A stretch of DNA of 64,000 nucleotides from Ascidiella aspersa (taxonomy: Eukaryota): assembly GCA_963924565.1 (NCBI GenBank), contig OZ004608.1:33170001-33234000 (forward strand), read 5' to 3'. Positions 59,401-64,000 of this stretch are shown here, one piece after another. Made by a program: the position numbers and the translations under genes. The notes beneath the pieces are model-generated. The model was not told the origin of the DNA, did no database searches, and was given only the letters and a program-made list of their open reading frames with translations. Numbering within the stretch: the first letter of the stretch is position 1; each line of letters opens with the position of its first letter.

Positions 59401-62400
59401 CCGTAGATACGTGACGTCATGATTGAAAATGTCGATTGCAATTCTACCCCCGACTGAAAATCGTTCACGGATAGGCAGTATATATGTTGCACATATTGGA
59501 ATCATAACAGAACAAAAAGCCCATAGAGAAGTAGTTACCATTTGGAATGTTTTGAATGTCCCTTCAAATAAAATGTTGAAAATGAATAAAGAGTTATTCA
59601 TAAGGTTTAAAATGCTACCTCCTTCTGTATGGGCTTTGATATTCTTACTACGTCTAACTACAACCTCCAACCATTATGCTAAAATAAAAAAGAAGCGATT
59701 AGAAATAAGCATGGTTTAGACCTACTTTTGCAGTTATTTAAAATGTTCTGGGGATTTACGCAAACACACCCTGTTATAATCAATTGCAAGCATCGCATAT
59801 TAATGTAATTTACTTTATTTTAAGGTAACGAAACGTAAAATCATTGTATACCAATAAGATAATCAGTTTACACCCCGGCAATTTGCCCGAACAAAAACAA
59901 CAACCCGTTAACACGCTTTTTGGCTTAAGCTGAGTCCCAAGAGATTATCAGGACACTAGGCGACACGCGAAAGGCTAAACCGCGTTACACGGGTGTCGCT
60001 GACGTTCAGGCTGACGGTAAAAATGCTGTCAGAAAATCGCAAAGTTTGCCGGATAATCGCGTGGGCGCGCGCCTTTCGACAGCGATCGCTCTTCGACAGT
60101 AGATTAAGAACTCTGGCGCTGGGCAAATTAACGAGGACACTCGGGCAAAAGGCGATCGCGATTCGTAAAGAGATTAAACGAATTCCTCTCGGGCTCGCTT
60201 CGGCGACGCTTTAAGGCTTCGTCATTGCGCCCGACCGCGAAATAATCGTCACGGGGCGCTCGCCTGTTAAATTGACGCCGATCAATTTTACGGTCACCAG
60301 CAATAGAGTTTGAATCTTGGGGCCGAAGCCTCAGGGACCTGGGTGCTTCCCATAGAAGCATTGACGGTCACACGCCGTGGGCCGACGCAGGTGTCACAGT
60401 AACGCGACACGCTTCCGCCATTCCCACGTTCGCCCATACGGGGACTGGGGTTAGGGCCCGCGCAGCCCCCTGGCAAACTTCCCCGACTTATATTAAGGCA
60501 CCACAGCTCGATATTGGTTGTTTTGAAACGGCTCGACGCTTGATTATCTCTCGGCCTTTCTTCACGGGAGTTGCACCCAACGGGTTATTTTCTTGCCTGG
60601 CAATGAACGTGACTGACGGTCGTACGGGTTGGCGACATTAATGTCGCCCGGAAGTGAAGCGACGCGTTTGCCGCTTGCCGCAACGGAAGCCCCTATTGGC
60701 GTGAACATAAACAAAAGGCGGTGATTGAGGATTTTCACACCTGGCGCAGGCGCATTTTCGTCAAACCAATAATAAGTCAAGCCCAAATGAAAAACTTTTT
60801 AAAGAGTTTTTTTTTTTTTTTTTTTGGAAACCTTGTTCCAGCGAGTGATTCACAAATGTGCAGCTGCAATAGTAACTTTGCAAATAATAACAAAGTAGGC
60901 ATGCGGTCTGCCCTATCTTCAAAAGCTAAAAACTTTTTAACAAACTTTTTTGTTTTTTAAACTGTGCTTGGCGAAAGATTCACAAATGTGCAGCTGTAAT
61001 TTTATTAATTTTACAAATGATAACAAAGAAGGCACGGATGCAGGCAAGTATATGAATCTTAAATGTACACTATATATCCACCAAATAATTTATATTTTTG
61101 TGCTATTTACAGCCATTGCCTTAAAAGTGTACCTGCAAAATTTATATTCCTTAGACCAGAGCACCGCACGCTATACTAATGGTATATCGCCCTGTGTTGT
61201 TACACAACCGAAACTGGTAGCAGGTGTCGATTTAAATGGCGTGTTTGGATACAAAGAAGCACAAGTTGTGTGACGCGACAGATTATATGCGCGAAGCCAC
61301 AGCTGACTTGTGTCAATGCGTTTGATGTGAAAATAGATTACAGTATTGCCAGGTATAAGCTAGAGCCGTTTTGTCAACTGAACGCCCAATACCGCTGCTG
61401 GTTTGTGCTACTGCTGCTGGTAAACAAGATAATCCAATAATTTCGATTACCATCAATACGCCCCCGAGAAATCAATTCGCCGCAAACAAGTGAAGAAGAT
61501 GAACTTTTCTGAGGCATTAGCATAGCCCATTCAAATAGGTCCAGGCTCCCATTTTAACCGCGCTTTTTGGGGGCCTTCTACTGTCAATTGGCCAATTTTT
61601 GCGGCCAATAACTGAGCAGCGATATTTCTTACTCTGTCATGTTGATGGGTCGATTTTTGCGCAAAATCCCTATAGAAACCAGTCTTGCCAGCCCTTTTAG
61701 AGCGGATTTAATGTTTCAAAGCTAATCCGAAAACAGCAAACAGTGGCGAATAATAGCCTGGAAAAACAAGGTTGAGTTTACCTTTAAAAATCAGTTGCTT
61801 AAATTCTTATTCCTTTATGTATTTTGACACAAAAACACCGAAAAAATTACTATTTTGCAACGCTCATCCAATTTGGTTAATTTTATCAAACGTGAACGTC
61901 ATAGAACGGCGAAAAACATTGCCGGGACAATAAGGTTCAGTTCTGTAGCACCGACAAACAGGTCACCAGTGTATCGCTGCACGATCGCCGGCCACGTTCC
62001 CTACAGGTCAGCGTATAGGTCGCTAAAAGAATTTAAGAGTCTGTCAGATTTCTTAACAAAATGCCTAATCTCAACGCGTCATCGGCTAACGAGCCCTACG
62101 ACTAGTTGGCGTAAACAGTTGAAGATTTGGCGGTTTCGTCTCATGGATGCACGCGCGTGTTCGTGTTTTCGGTACATTTTCATAGCTGGGAAAGGGCGGT
62201 AGGTATTAGGTAATGTCACGCAGCCTAATGGTAATTTTGTTGCCGATGCAAGTACGAAATCGCAACCTCAAACTGCAAAATAAGCAAATGTGGCATTCGG
62301 CCCGTTTTCGTGGCCGGTTTGCACTCTTAAACGGTCGGCTCTGTTTTAAGGGACAATTTGGCGGTTGCTTGGTAAATTTAAAAGATAAGGGAGAGAAGTT

Positions 62401-64000
62401 GACAGTTAAAATATGTCTGTACAAAGTCTAACTTTACTTGGTTGTAAAAATTAATAAAGAGGTTTGACGAAAATGGGGAATAATCGGGAAAAATGACATT
62501 GAACGATTTTAGTTAGCCTTTACCACCGCTTTGTAAAGTGAAAACAACGGGGCAAAAAAAGGCATAAAATAGTTGGAAAATGGAATCAGGTTGTAATACT
62601 GGACAACATCTGTTTTGCAGTCAAAACCGAACTATAGGGGTATGAAAAGCGGCGTGTAGTTCGTTGAGATTAGATACAAACTGTTTACAGGTAATTGCGT
62701 TTGAGATTTAAAGGCAATAACAGATAGAAACCCGGGGAACAAACACTTTAAAAACAAAACCAGACTGTGATTAATGCCCTTGAGCTTCCTTACAATGTAT
62801 ACACAACAAATGTACTGAAACACCGACCAAGATCCAAACACGGCGTAAAAACAAGTTGAAAAGGGGAAAACGGTCATTACAGATAGAGTCCGCCTTATTT
62901 AGAGTTGCGTTTATTGCAAAAAACTCGGTTGGGATTGGAGCGGATTAGCGGCGCGATCCAATGCTGTTTTGCGAAGGTCTTTTGCCCGCAGCACCGTCGC
63001 CACTTGGCACTGGTTTGGATGAACTTACAGTCGAAGGTCCGAACCCGCTTTTTCGTCGGAATACTGCGATGCCGACGCGCGATAAACTATGTTGGCGTAA
63101 ACACTCTATGAGCGACGCTCGGCAATAATTGGACCCGAGGAAGCCTGTCACTCAAGCAGGCCGCAATCTGAAGGCCAAAGCAGCGACTTTAGGGCGAACT
63201 TTTTTGTGATTGCTGATGGCCGCCCGGGTCGGGTTGTTTTCGCGCTGCGGGCAAACCTGCACTTGTACTGTTTACCCGGGCTAATTAATATAGCGGCGTT
63301 TGGTGTAAACAGGCGATAAATCGCTGCTTCGCCTTTGCCACCTTGATGAATGGACGCTCGATCGACCGGTCGGCTATGAGTAGGTGGTTGGGTCGGAAAG
63401 TTAGTTTTGTATATAAAGAAATAATAACAACCACATTCTTGAGCCTAATCGCTATCCCCAAACAATGTACCAACCTCTCAAAGTTATGTCGAGCGCCCTA
63501 GATTTGCTGAGCCTAATCGCTATCCCCAAACAATGTACCAACCTCTCAAGGTTATGTCGAGCGCCCTAGATTTGCATATACCCTCTTAATTATTAGTTGT
63601 GTCACAAAATACACGCGGGAATATCTTCACCAGCGGCCAGCATACACCCTTAGGACTTTGACAAAGTTCTCTATACTGACAAGTGTCATCAAATTTACTC
63701 GTTTTCGATGATTTTCGATCAAATCAGTGATTTCGAAACTGTGAAAATAAATATTTCAGGATACATACTCCGATTTTGCTTCAAGTTCCTAACCTTTGAC
63801 ATAAGTTTCAATTTTTTTACTGACATAAGTTTTAAGTTTTTGACAGCCAAAGGATTCACCTTTTTGACTAACAAAAGTTTCACTTTTTGACTGACTTAAG
63901 TTTCAGTCTTTGGCGCACTTTTAAACATAGAAATCTTAATCTCTCCACAGGAGGCGCCGTAAGCGCAGGGACATACAAAGCACCGAGAGCAAGCCGGACC
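56412..64000 (+). CDS. FoxI: Forkhead box I transcription factor, canonical paralog (3' end outside window)
   Basis: Exon 1 56412-57109 (first in-frame ATG; alternative ATG at 56454; donor GTGAGA, phase 2). Exon 2 from 63951 (CTCTCCACAG acceptor) reads [17 protein letters not shown]. Has FoxI N-terminal motifs NPYLW and [29 protein letters not shown] and a canonical FoxI forkhead domain. Confidence 0.95.
57130..57282. mobile_element. Family A palindromic MITE copy ~20 nt downstream of the FoxI donor
   Basis: AAGAATATCAAAGCCCACACAGAAGTAGG...CTTTGATATTC...ACTACAACCTCCAACCATT. Confidence 0.75.
59505..59675. mobile_element. Family A palindromic MITE copy
   Basis: AAAGCCCATAGAGAAG...CTTCTGTATGGGCTTTGATATTCTTACTACGTCTAACTACAACCTCCAACCATT. 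Confidence 0.75.
63440..63575 (+). repeat. Near-perfect 68-bp tandem duplication
   Basis: 63440-63507 and 63508-63575 differ at one position (CAAAG/CAAGG). Confidence 0.95.

Noticed and set aside
54600-63000. Cluster of K50 homeodomain (GGATTA/TAATCC) sites around FoxI paralog 2
   Set aside because: About six sites in ~9 kb, roughly what base composition predicts.
1-64000. CRISPR arrays, rRNA, prokaryotic operons, autonomous transposase or retroelement ORFs
   Set aside because: The sequence is intron-containing eukaryotic DNA. No regularly spaced repeat-spacer array, rRNA-like segment or transposase/RT ORF was seen.

Overview
Compact, AT-rich eukaryotic DNA with GT-AG introns, most likely from an invertebrate chordate. 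An ascidian/tunicate is my inference from the gene families and compactness, not a proven identification. Left to right: (i) a probable first exon of a minus-strand gene leaving the left edge; (ii) a tRNA-derived pseudogene or SINE head; (iii) a multi-exon gene for an unrecognised ~630-aa basic His/Arg-rich protein; (iv) two tandem myosin regulatory light chain (MRLC, MYL2/MYL7-type) genes; (v) two tandem FoxI forkhead genes, the second running off the right edge. Introns and spacers hold many non-autonomous hAT-type elements (some nested, several with 8-bp target-site duplications), a palindromic MITE family and short local duplications. The most striking structure is in the second MRLC gene. 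It carries two homologous 102-nt copies of exon 4 (candidate mutually exclusive exons, one MYL7-like and one non-muscle-like) and three candidate phase-0 alternative first coding exons. It also has a non-muscle-type RATSNVF phospho-motif, a CArG/MEF2/GATA/E-box promoter and GCAUG/CUG motifs around the alternative exons, so one locus may produce several muscle-type-specific light chains. A 39-bp hairpin whose only non-Watson-Crick pairs are G-U wobbles lies ~1 kb upstream of the first FoxI gene. All gene models were assembled by hand from splice signals and frame continuity; no transcript or database evidence was available.
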